Shown in pieces: positions 1 through 7,531 of a stretch of DNA of 64,000 bases. The stretch comes from Candidatus Parcubacteria bacterium (GTDB taxonomy: Bacteria; Patescibacteriota; Minisyncoccia; Minisyncoccales; JAGMDC01): NCBI GenBank assembly GCA_023130975.1, contig JAGMAD010000003.1, positions 65,109 to 129,108 on the forward strand. Reading direction: 5' to 3'. The notes under the pieces are model-generated. The model searched no databases. It worked only from the letters and a program-made list of their open reading frames with translations, and was not told the DNA's origin. The position numbers were made by a program, and so were the translations under genes. How positions within the stretch are numbered: position 1 is the stretch's first letter; every line of letters begins with the position of its first letter.

Positions 1-707
1 AAGATATAATGTCTGGTAAAGCAAGATTAGCCAATAACACAACCTCAAATGTATTTGAACTTCTTGCCAGACACGGAATTGACACTCACTTTATTAAAAG
101 GGCGGGACAGACAGCTTTCTTTGCTTATGAATGCGGTATGATTCCCGTTGAAGTAGTGGTGCGAAGGATTGCAACCGGAAGTTATCTCAAACGAAATCCA
201 AAGGTTGCGGATGGTACCATTTTTGACGAACTGGTAATGGAATTTTTTTACAAAGATGACGAGCTACATGACCCGATGATATGTATCTCTGAGATAGCTC
301 CTGAGGAGTGGCAATTACATAGAGCCGATCGGCCAATTGATTTTTCTGTCTACGTACCATATCAAAGCTTGAGTTATATCAAAACGATCGGTTCTCATTT
401 CACCTGGAAAGAAGCAGATTATATTGAAGAACAAGCTAAACAGATATTCCTAATTCTGGAAAAAGCCTGGAAAGCGTTAGGAATCACTCTTTTGGACTTC
501 AAGATAGAATTCGGCAGACGAAAAGACAATGGTAAAATTATAATCGCTGATGTAATTGACAACGATAGTTGGAGAGTTCGGACAAAAGATGGCAAACAAC
601 TTGATAAACAGGTCTATCGAGAAGGAGGAGAGCTGAAGGAAGTAAGCAACCTCTATGAGATTGTCTCAAATCTGACAAACCGATTTCCTACCCTGAATCT
701 TCAGTAG
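1..707 (+). CDS. purC: SAICAR synthase (phosphoribosylaminoimidazole-succinocarboxamide synthase), 5'-truncated by the window edge
   Basis: Translation shows PurC core blocks (SGKA..N, VEVVVRRIATGS, DELHDPMI, LLDFKIEFG, IADVIDNDSWR). The frame is open back to base 3. The usual N-terminal ~35 aa are absent. Confidence 0.85.
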   Translation, partial: DIMSGKARLANNTTSNVFELLARHGIDTHFIKRAGQTAFFAYECGMIPVEVVVRRIATGSYLKRNPKVADGTIFDELVMEFFYKDDELHDPMICISEIAPEEWQLHRADRPIDFSVYVPYQSLSYIKTIGSHFTWKEADYIEEQAKQIFLILEKAWKALGITLLDFKIEFGRRKDNGKIIIADVIDNDSWRVRTKDGKQLDKQVYREGGELKEVSNLYEIVSNLTNRFPTLNLQ

Positions 708-846
708 AGCCGGGACCCTCGGGAAATCAAATCAAAAAACAAAACAGCCGTCTTGGATTAGATAAAAATCTAATTCTCAAGGCGGATTTTTTTATTCTCA
801 TTGGAAGTTTCTATCTTTACATTATTTGTGATAAAATTAAAATAAC

Positions 847-1641
847 ATGAAAGAAGGAAAACTTTATATTGGAACATCGGGTTGGGTGTATTCTCATTGG
901 CAAGGGATTTTTTATCCTGAAGATTTATCAGGGAAAGATAAATTGAAATATTTTTCTCAACATTTCAAAACCACGGAAATAAATTATTCTTTTTATCATT
1001 TGCCAAAACCAACCACTTATCAAAACTGGTATAAACAAACCCCCAAAGATTTTATATTCAGTGTCAAAGCCAGTCGTTTTATTACCCACACCTGCCTTGC
1101 CGGCAGGCAGGTCAAACGATTAAAAGAGGTAAAAGACGCTTGGAGGCAATTTTTAGAGAATGCTTTAAATCTTAAAGAAAAACTTGGTCCTATTTTATTC
1201 CAATTTCCGCCGAACTTTTCTGCTACCGACGAGAATATGAAAAGACTGAAAGATTTTTTGATATTAACAGAAGCCCGAGACCCGACCTCGGGATTACAAT
1301 CCCGAGGTCGGGGCTCGGTCAAATATGCTTTTGAATTCCGTCATCAAACTTGGTGTGGTCAAAGGATATACAAGTTATTAAAAAAATATAATTGCGCCTG
1401 GGTTATTAGTGATTCACCTTCTTTTCCTAAAGCCGAAGAAATAACCGCTGACTTTATTTATATTAGAATGCACGGTTCCAAGATTTTGTTTTCTTCAAAA
1501 TATACAAATAAAGAATTAAAAAATTTAGCCCAGAAAATCAAAAAATGGCAAAAAGAAAACAAAGATGTTTATATTTATTTCAACAATGATGCCCTTGGCT
1601 ATGCTGTTGAAAATGCCAAACAGCTTTTAAATTATGTTTAA
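847..1641 (+). CDS. DUF72 (YecE-like) family protein
   Basis: GTSGWVYSHW N-terminus plus FQFPP and EFRH..W blocks typical of DUF72. Contains two GC-rich palindromic in-frame inserts. Confidence 0.85.
   Translation: MKEGKLYIGTSGWVYSHWQGIFYPEDLSGKDKLKYFSQHFKTTEINYSFYHLPKPTTYQNWYKQTPKDFIFSVKASRFITHTCLAGRQVKRLKEVKDAWRQFLENALNLKEKLGPILFQFPPNFSATDENMKRLKDFLILTEARDPTSGLQSRGRGSVKYAFEFRHQTWCGQRIYKLLKKYNCAWVISDSPSFPKAEEITADFIYIRMHGSKILFSSKYTNKELKNLAQKIKKWQKENKDVYIYFNNDALGYAVENAKQLLNYV
1090..1112. repeat. GC-rich palindrome CCTGCCTTGCCGGCAGGCAGG in frame in the DUF72 gene
   Basis: Encodes ..CLAGRQV.. within the ITH..KRL block. The same core (CCTGCCTGCCGGCAGGCAGG) occurs at 49569-49588 upstream of sufC. 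Confidence 0.8.
1273..1320. repeat. 48-nt GC-rich hairpin in frame in the DUF72 gene
   Basis: Arms GCCCGAGACCCGACCTCGGGA and TCCCGAGGTCGGGGCTCGGTC (19 of 21 positions complementary) with loop TTACAA. Encodes ARDPTSGLQSRGRGS. Confidence 0.85.
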
Positions 1642-2317
1642 ATCAATCAACAAAATTATAACAAGCTTAAGGCTTGATATATCGGAGATTAACTCCGTTA
1701 TCAAAATTTTAATTTTCTCTGACGTCTTACTTTTAACTGGTTTTGGTTTTTTTGAACCAATTTTTGCTATTTTTATTGTTGACAGGATCCAAGGAGGAAA
1801 CATTGAAGTGGCTGGCTTTGCTATGGCTGTTTATTGGCTCACAAAATCTATTGTTCAAATTCCTTTCGGCAGATATTTAGATAAAAATCACGGAGAGAAA
1901 GACGACTTACTTTTTATAATACTTGGTTTTGGGTTGGTGAGTATGGTGGCTTTTTCTTTTATTTTCGTTTCTCTCCCCTGGCATATTTATTTTCTTGAAG
2001 CGCTCTACGGCATAGGCATAGCTATGAATGTGGCTGGCTGGGGAGCTACTTTTACCAGACATATTGACAAAGGCAGGGAAGCATTTGAATGGAGTACTCG
2101 AAGTACTTTGGTAGGCATAGGAGCTGGCATAGCCGGTGCTTTGGGTGGAGTCATTGCTCATCAATTTGGATTTACAATATTATTTATTGGGGTAGGGATT
2201 TTCGCTCTTATGGGTGCGCTTTTGCCTCTCTTAATTTGGAAGGATGTTTTTCCAAAAAAGAAAATAGCTTTTAAAATTCCGAAAACAAAGATTGTTATTC
2301 ATTCATCAAAAGATTAG
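1634..2317 (+). CDS. Six-TM membrane protein, half-size MFS-like
   Basis: About six hydrophobic helices and a GRYLDKNHGEKD loop resembling an MFS cytoplasmic loop. ATG overlaps the upstream stop (ATGTTTAA). Confidence 0.55.
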   Translation: MFKSINKIITSLRLDISEINSVIKILIFSDVLLLTGFGFFEPIFAIFIVDRIQGGNIEVAGFAMAVYWLTKSIVQIPFGRYLDKNHGEKDDLLFIILGFGLVSMVAFSFIFVSLPWHIYFLEALYGIGIAMNVAGWGATFTRHIDKGREAFEWSTRSTLVGIGAGIAGALGGVIAHQFGFTILFIGVGIFALMGALLPLLIWKDVFPKKKIAFKIPKTKIVIHSSKD

Positions 2318-2322
2318 TAATT

Positions 2323-4089
2323 ATGAAAAATCAGGAATTAGCCAAAATATTTTATGAGATTGCTGATTTCTTAGAAATGGAAGAAATAGCATTTAAACCG
2401 TATGCTTATCAGAAAGCAGCTATTAGTTTAGACACTCTGGAAGAAGATGCGGCTGAGATTTATAAAAAAGGGGGATTAAAGGCATTGGAAAAGATTCCTG
2501 GAGTAGGCAAGAGTATTGCTGAAAAAATTGAGGAATATCTAAAGACCGGAAAAATTAAACATTATCAAGATTTGAAAAAGAAAATGCCAGTCCAGATAGA
2601 AGAGCTAACTGCTATTGAGGGAGTTGGACCAAAAACAGTAAAAGCACTTTACAAATCTCTGAAAATAAAAAATATAGAAGATTTAGAAAAAGCAGCTCGT
2701 GTTCACAAGATTAGGGGCCTGCCCGGTTTTCAAGAAAAAACAGAAAAAAATATCTTACAAGGAATTGCTTTTTTAAAAAGAAGCAAAGGTAGATTTTTAT
2801 TGGGAGAGATTTTACCCCAAGTTAAAGAAATTTTAGGACAATTAAAAACCCTAAAAGAAGTAGAGCAAATCAGTGTGGCTGGTTCAGTCAGGCGGATGAA
2901 AGAAACAATTGGTGATGTTGATATCTTAATTGTTTCCAAAAAACCAGACAAAGTAATGGATTTTTTTGTTTCTATGCCAGGAATTATAAAAGTTTGGGCA
3001 AAAGGTCCAACTCGTTCCTCAATAAGAGTAGAACAAGGTTTTGATATTGACCTGCGAGTAGTGGCTAAAAAAAGTTATGGTTCTGCCTTACAATATTTTA
3101 CTGGTTCCAAAGAACACAATATTGCCACTCGGCGTCTTGCTATAGAAAAGGGCTTAAAACTCAATGAATACGGGGTTTTTAAAAACAAAAAAATGATTGC
3201 TGGTTGGCGAGAGCCCGGAGTTTATCGAGCTATTGGTCTTGTTTGGATGCCGCCAGAACTAAGAGAAAATCAGGGAGAGATTGAGGCAGCTCTTCGCCAA
3301 GTTCAGGGTAAATTAAATGGTTTGCCCAAAATCATTGGTTATCAAGATATTAAAGGCGACCTTCATTGTCATTCTGATTGGGACGGCGGAAATAATTCTA
3401 TTGAAAAAATGGCAGAAGCAGCTCAACAAATGGACTATGAGTATTTGGGAATTACTGATCATACTAAGTTTTTAAGGATTGAGCAGGGATTAGATGAAAG
3501 ACAGTTGGCTCAACAGAGGAAAGAGATAGAAAAGATAAATGCCAAAATCCAAAATCCAAATTATTCCAAATCAAATCCAAAATCCAAATTTCAAATCCTT
3601 CAAGGATGCGAGGCTAATATTCTAAATGACGGTTCTATTGATATAAAAGACGAGGCATTAAAAAAACTGGATTATGCTATTGCTGGCATTCATTCCAGTT
3701 TTAAGATGCCTAAAGCAAAAATGACTGAGCGGATAATTAAGGCAATGAAAAATCCTTATATTAAAATCATTTCTCATCCAACAGGCAGAATTTTAAAAAA
3801 AAGAGATGAATATCAATGTGATTTTGAAAAGATTTTAAGAGCAGCAAAAACATTCGGAATAGTTTTAGAAATTAATTCCCAGCCCAGACGACTGGATTTA
3901 AATGACCAAAATATCAGAAGAGCAAAAGAAATGGGCATAAAAATGGTTATTAATACCGATGCTCATCATACAAGTCATTTAAGGTTTATGGATTTGGGTA
4001 TTGCCCAAGCCCGTCGGGGCTGGGCTGAAAAGAAAGATATAATAAATACACAGCCATTAGATAGATTATTAAAAAATTTTAAAAAATAA
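2323..4089 (+). CDS. polX: Family X DNA polymerase with C-terminal PHP domain
   Basis: HhH repeats (GVGKSIAEKI, GVGPKTV), pol-beta nucleotidyltransferase block GSVRR..ETIGDVDILI, and PHP motifs DLHCHSDWDGG and NTDAHH. Confidence 0.92.
   Translation: MKNQELAKIFYEIADFLEMEEIAFKPYAYQKAAISLDTLEEDAAEIYKKGGLKALEKIPGVGKSIAEKIEEYLKTGKIKHYQDLKKKMPVQIEELTAIEGVGPKTVKALYKSLKIKNIEDLEKAARVHKIRGLPGFQEKTEKNILQGIAFLKRSKGRFLLGEILPQVKEILGQLKTLKEVEQISVAGSVRRMKETIGDVDILIVSKKPDKVMDFFVSMPGIIKVWAKGPTRSSIRVEQGFDIDLRVVAKKSYGSALQYFTGSKEHNIATRRLAIEKGLKLNEYGVFKNKKMIAGWREPGVYRAIGLVWMPPELRENQGEIEAALRQVQGKLNGLPKIIGYQDIKGDLHCHSDWDGGNNSIEKMAEAAQQMDYEYLGITDHTKFLRIEQGLDERQLAQQRKEIEKINAKIQNPNYSKSNPKSKFQILQGCEANILNDGSIDIKDEALKKLDYAIAGIHSSFKMPKAKMTERIIKAMKNPYIKIISHPTGRILKKRDEYQCDFEKILRAAKTFGIVLEINSQPRRLDLNDQNIRRAKEMGIKMVINTDAHHTSHLRFMDLGIAQARRGWAEKKDIINTQPLDRLLKNFKK
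3541..3598 (+). repeat. In-frame AAATCC/CCAAA oligo-repeat in polX
   Basis: GCCAAAATCCAAAATCCAAATTATTCCAAATCAAATCCAAAATCCAAATTTCAAATCC, encoding AKIQNPNYSKSNPKSKFQI. Confidence 0.85.
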
Positions 4090-4126
4090 ATTTCAATTTT
4101 CGCTTTGTCATTCTGCATTTTGATTT

Positions 4127-4609
4127 TTGCATTTTGCATTTGACCGAGCGAAGCGAGGGAACGTGGCATTTGAAAAATCTGCCGGAGTAGTAATTTTTAG
4201 AAAAGAGAAAGGTAAAATTTATTACCTTCTTTTACATTATCCTTCTGGTTCAAGATCCCAAAAAGATTATTGGGACTTTTCCAAGGGCCATATTATAAAA
4301 GGAGAAAAACTCGAAGAGACAGCGAAAAGAGAAGCAAAAGAAGAAACAGGGATTAAAGATTTAAAATTTGTTGAAGGATTTAAAGAATGGATAAAGTATT
4401 TTTTTAAATTTAAAGGCGAGAATATCTTTAAGATAGTCACTTTCTACTTAGCTGAAACAAAAACAGAAGAAATAAAGATTTCTCCTGAACATATTGGTTT
4501 TCAGTGGCTACTATACGAGCAAGCAACAGAGCAGCTTAAATTTAAAAATGCCAAAGAAGTTCTCAAAAAAGCCAATAGTTTTATTAGAAAAAGTAGCATA
4601 ACAAATTAG
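4127..4609 (+). CDS. Nudix hydrolase
   Basis: Nudix box GHIIKGEKLEETAKREAKEETGI. The first 12 codons run through an intergenic repeat, so GTG at 4163 is an alternative start. Confidence 0.85.
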   Translation: MHFAFDRAKRGNVAFEKSAGVVIFRKEKGKIYYLLLHYPSGSRSQKDYWDFSKGHIIKGEKLEETAKREAKEETGIKDLKFVEGFKEWIKYFFKFKGENIFKIVTFYLAETKTEEIKISPEHIGFQWLLYEQATEQLKFKNAKEVLKKANSFIRKSSITN

Positions 4610-4731
4610 AGACTTGATATGTCAAAGCAAAGTTTGATATAATAAATCATAGATTTGATATATCAGACTAAAGTCTGTTATAGCAAGTCAGAGACTTGAT
4701 ATACCAAACCAAAGTTTGTTATAATAAAGAA
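4609..4731 (+). promoter_or_regulatory. Three tandem 41-bp units, each with TTGATA-N18-TATAAT/TATAGC and an internal small hairpin
   Basis: TTGATA occurs at 4614, 4655 and 4696, an exact 41-nt period. -10 boxes are TGaTATAAT (4635-4643), TATAGC (4679-4684) and TGtTATAAT (4717-4725). The spacer hairpin CA(A/G)AC..G(T/C)TG shows a compensatory A-T to G-C change in the middle unit. Confidence 0.6.
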
Positions 4732-4767
4732 AAGAAAATTGTAATTTAAAAAAAGAATAAAAAAGGG

Positions 4768-5049
4768 GTGATAAAATTGGACGAAAAAGGATTTTTAGTA
4801 GATATATATAAGTTACCTGTTGGTGCAGCGATAAAAAACATAGATATTGTATTCATACCTACAAAAAAAATAATAACAGATAAAGGAACGATAAGAGAAC
4901 TAAGACCAGAACATGCTGGTTCATTTCATTTCCCGAGTGCTACAGTAGAAGCAAACAACGGTAACAGACAGTTAACAAATAATGGAAAGATATTACTAGA
5001 TACAGGTAATGAGTATGTAAGGAGTTTTACTTGTTGTTTAAAAAAATAA
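4768..5049 (+). CDS. Hypothetical protein (93 aa)
   Basis: ORF only. Start is ambiguous (GTG 4768, or TTG 4777 after AAGGGG). Preceded by three promoter-like repeats and followed by a hairpin plus T-run. Confidence 0.5.
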   Translation: MIKLDEKGFLVDIYKLPVGAAIKNIDIVFIPTKKIITDKGTIRELRPEHAGSFHFPSATVEANNGNRQLTNNGKILLDTGNEYVRSFTCCLKK

Positions 5050-5053
5050 AAAA

Positions 5054-5087
5054 GCTCGATGAGTTATTCAGTCGAGCCTCTTTTTTT
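5054..5087. terminator. Bidirectional intrinsic terminator between the convergent 93-aa ORF and rplT
   Basis: GCTCGA-N12-TCGAGC flanked by an A-run and a T-run. Confidence 0.6.
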
Positions 5088-5104
5088 ATTCAAAAACGTG
5101 GATT

Positions 5105-5452
5105 TTACGATTTCACTTTCTCAACAATTTTTTTGAAAACTTCAGGATTTTTTTTAGCTAATTCTGATAAAATTTTTCTATCTAATTCAATTTTATTCTT
5201 TTTCAAACCAGCAATGAATTTGCTGTAAGAAATTCCTTGCTCGCGGCAAGCAGCATTAATTTGAATCTGCCAAAGCCGTCTGAAATTTCTCTTTTTAGTT
5301 CTTCTGTCTCTATAAGCATAAGACCAGGCATGAGCCAGTGCTTCTTTAGCTGCCTTATACTTTGATTTTCTTCCCCATTTAAAACCCTTAGCATGCTTTA
5401 ATATATTTTTTCTGCGCTTGTGGGCAGTTGTTCCTCTTTTTACTCTAGTCAT
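5105..5452 (-). CDS. rplT: 50S ribosomal protein L20
   Basis: MTRVKRGTTAHKRRKNILK... and YAYRDRR..KR.FR.LWI..INAA are the L20 signature. Lies in the infC-rpmI-rplT order. Confidence 0.95.
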   Translation of the reverse strand: MTRVKRGTTAHKRRKNILKHAKGFKWGRKSKYKAAKEALAHAWSYAYRDRRTKKRNFRRLWQIQINAACREQGISYSKFIAGLKKNKIELDRKILSELAKKNPEVFKKIVEKVKS

Positions 5453-5461
5453 AATCGCTTT

Positions 5462-5647
5462 CTACACTCTTAATAACTTTTTAAATTTTTTTGCTTCCCA
5501 CTTAGAAACCAGAACCCATTTTTTGGATTGCCTTCTTTTGTTCCCGCTTTTTTTTGCCAACTGGTGGTCCTGCCCGCATGGTCTTCGCAAAACCTTCCCA
5601 GTTTTAGTGATTTTAAACCTTTTTGTAATAGATTTTCTTGTTTTCAT
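5462..5647 (-). CDS. rpmI: 50S ribosomal protein L35
   Basis: MKTRKSITKRFKITKTGKV... is an L35-like basic protein sitting between infC and rplT. Confidence 0.9.
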   Translation of the reverse strand: MKTRKSITKRFKITKTGKVLRRPCGQDHQLAKKSGNKRRQSKKWVLVSKWEAKKFKKLLRV

Positions 5648-5651
5648 AGAA

Positions 5652-6164
5652 TTATTGTTTAGTAATTATCATTGTCAGTCCCCTTGGTTCTTTTTTTAAT
5701 TCCCTTTCTATTTTATAAGGAATAAGTTTTTTTAAAATTTCCAAAAATTTATTCATTTTTTCTCTGGCAAAACCTTGAAGAGCTTTTTCTCTTCCCCTTA
5801 ATCGCATTTCTATTCTTACTTTATTTCCTTGTTTCAAAAATTTTTCTGCCTGCTTAGCTCTTATTTCTAAATCATGAGGGGAAATGTTAAATCCTAATTT
5901 TATCCCTTTCATCTCTCCAATTTTTTGCTTTTGAGCTGATTTTCTTTCCTGCTTTTTTTCAGAATACTGGTATTTTCCATAATCCATTATTTTACAGACC
6001 GGTACTTCTAATTTCTCTGTAATCTGTATTAAATCTAAATTGCGCTCCCGAGCTATTTGGAGCGCTTTTTCCAATTTGAAAACCCCTAAATTTTTTCCAG
6101 TTTCATCAACTACTCTTACTTCCCTTGCTCGTATTCTATTATTGACTAATGCTCTTTTAAACAA
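5652..6164 (-). CDS. infC: Translation initiation factor IF-3 (TTG start)
   Basis: NNRIRAREVRVVDETG, NLDLIQI and PVCKIMDYGK blocks. The only in-frame start after an upstream TAA is TTG at 6164-6162. Confidence 0.92.
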   Translation of the reverse strand: MFKRALVNNRIRAREVRVVDETGKNLGVFKLEKALQIARERNLDLIQITEKLEVPVCKIMDYGKYQYSEKKQERKSAQKQKIGEMKGIKLGFNISPHDLEIRAKQAEKFLKQGNKVRIEMRLRGREKALQGFAREKMNKFLEILKKLIPYKIERELKKEPRGLTMIITKQ

Positions 6165-6183
6165 ATTATTTTATGTATAACAG

Positions 6184-6580
6184 TGGAAGTGAGGGCATCG
6201 AAGCCCTGTCCAGAAATTTTGCCAAAATATTTCTACAAATTTAGTCCATTTTATTTTTTCGGAATACTGAATAAAAAATGAACAAAATTTCAATATTCTT
6301 AGTTCCTATTTTTAAACAATCATCTGGAACAATATGATTGTCTGTCTCGATAATATGGCACCTTCTTTGTCTATCGAGAATTAATAAAGAAGATGGCATT
6401 ACGATTAAACGTAAGCAGGAGCTAAACTGGCTATACCTCCGCCAAAGGCATTGGTAAGAGCCGTTTTAGCTTTAGAAAATAAGCCATTGACACTTATTTT
6501 TTTTCTCAAAGTTTTGCGAGATTTGAGAAAACTCGACTTGCATACTTTAACTCAAATTTCTGTCGAGACCTGACACTCCC
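6184..6580 (-). ncRNA. ssrA: tmRNA (SsrA)
   Basis: On the minus strand, 5' GGGAGUG pairs with 3' CACUUCC (G3:U wobble) followed by discriminator A. T-arm is AGGGC-UUCGAUG-GCCCU. The 5' region GGGAGUGUCAGGUCUCGACAG parallels the canonical GGGGCUGAUUCUGGAUUCGACGG. An internal open frame ends ..GIASLAPAYV-UAA (TAA at 6407-6405). The gene is adjacent to smpB. The CCA is not fully encoded. Confidence 0.85.
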
Positions 6581-6583
6581 GTC

Positions 6584-7033
6584 TTAGGTTTTTTCTTTAA
6601 TAATTCTTTCTTTTTCTATTTCAAATTCTCTTTTTTTTATTTTTTCTCTTTTATCAATTTTCTTTTTGCCTTTTGCTAATCCAAATAATAATTTTATATT
6701 TCCTCTCTTAGTATACATCTTTAAGGGTATTAAAGTCAAGCCCTTTTGCTTTGATTTGCCGATTAAAGATTTAATTTCTGTTTTTCTCAAAAGTAATTTT
6801 CTGGAGCGTTCTGGACTATAATCAGATGGCGCGTTTTTTGGCTGATATGGCGGAATATTTGCGCCGATTAAAAATAATTCCTGATTTTTTATTACAACAT
6901 AGGAACCTTTCAAACCAATATGGCCAGTTTTAATCGCTTTTACTTCTTGTCCAATCAAAACAATCCCTGCTTCATAGGTTTCTAAAATTTCATAATCAAA
7001 ATATGCTTTTTTATTTTGCGCCAAAACTTTCAT
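6584..7033 (-). CDS. smpB: SsrA-binding protein SmpB
   Basis: MKVLAQNKKAYFDYEI..EAGIVL.G.EVK matches canonical SmpB N-termini. The longer ORF to 7069 adds 12 aa that run into an upstream inverted repeat. Confidence 0.9.
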   Translation of the reverse strand: MKVLAQNKKAYFDYEILETYEAGIVLIGQEVKAIKTGHIGLKGSYVVIKNQELFLIGANIPPYQPKNAPSDYSPERSRKLLLRKTEIKSLIGKSKQKGLTLIPLKMYTKRGNIKLLFGLAKGKKKIDKREKIKKREFEIEKERIIKEKT

Positions 7034-7046
7034 CAATTTCAGTTTA

Positions 7047-7117
7047 CCCCCACACCATAACAAAGACAAGAGGTTCTACAATTGATTGATAAGATTATTC
7101 TTTGTTTGGTGTGGGGG
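7047..7117. repeat. 19/20-bp inverted repeat upstream of smpB
   Basis: CCCCCACACCATAACAAAGA (7047-7066) and TCTTTGTTTGGTGTGGGGG (7099-7117), with one single-nt indel and a 32-nt spacer. Confidence 0.8.
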
Positions 7118-7190
7118 TTTAGCAATTCCAACTTCGGTTGACAAATATTAACTTATAGAATATCCTAAAAACAGGAGGCAAAAGTGAAAA

Positions 7191-7439
7191 ATGGCAGGAA
7201 AATTTCTAATATGGGTTAGTATCTTTTTAGGACTTGTATTGCTGATGATTTATAGCGTAGAGTTAACATGTGTAGTAGTATTAATAGGAGCAACAATATG
7301 TCTCGGCGTAGGAGAGATATATGGTCATTTTAAGTCGTACAAAGCATATAGTCGAGATTATGAGGCGAGTCAATTGACTGGTCGGATGACCTGTGGAATA
7401 GACCATAAAGGTCGTCCCACACATCGAATAATCTGGTAG
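7191..7439 (+). CDS. Hypothetical small membrane protein (82 aa)
   Basis: Two hydrophobic helices, AGGAGG upstream at 7173-7178 and a hairpin plus T-run downstream. Visibly less AT-rich than its neighbours. Confidence 0.55.
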   Translation: MAGKFLIWVSIFLGLVLLMIYSVELTCVVVLIGATICLGVGEIYGHFKSYKAYSRDYEASQLTGRMTCGIDHKGRPTHRIIW

Positions 7440-7474
7440 TAAGGTTCTTTCAAAACTAAAAATTAAAAAATTAT

Positions 7475-7507
7475 GGGTAATTCATTTCTACCCTCTTTTT
7501 TTTTGAG
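7475..7507 (+). terminator. Intrinsic terminator after the 82-aa ORF
   Basis: GGGTA-N9-TACCC followed by TCTTTTTTTTT. Confidence 0.6.
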
Positions 7508-7531
7508 TAAAAATAAGGTAAGATTTAATTA

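Noticed and set aside
1020-1322. 100-aa minus-strand ORF antisense to the DUF72 gene
   Set aside because: It is kept open only because the two GC-rich palindromes lack stops on both strands. It has no start context and no recognisable motif, and it lies fully inside a well-supported CDS.
4609-4731. CRISPR array (also considered for the oligo-repeat spacers at 39485-39600 and 57517-57635)
   Set aside because: There are only three 41-bp units, with no unique spacers of comparable length, and no cas genes. The other regions are 6-8-nt tandem repeats.
5031-5699. Plus-strand ORFs 5031..5228 and 5418..5699, and the minus-strand ORF 5203..5394
   Set aside because: They overlap or are antisense to the well-supported rplT, rpmI and infC genes, and their translations are low-complexity.
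7034-7069. Longer smpB start (MSLLWCGGKLKL...)
   Set aside because: SmpB homologues start close to MKVLAQNKKA. The extra codons run into the upstream inverted repeat.
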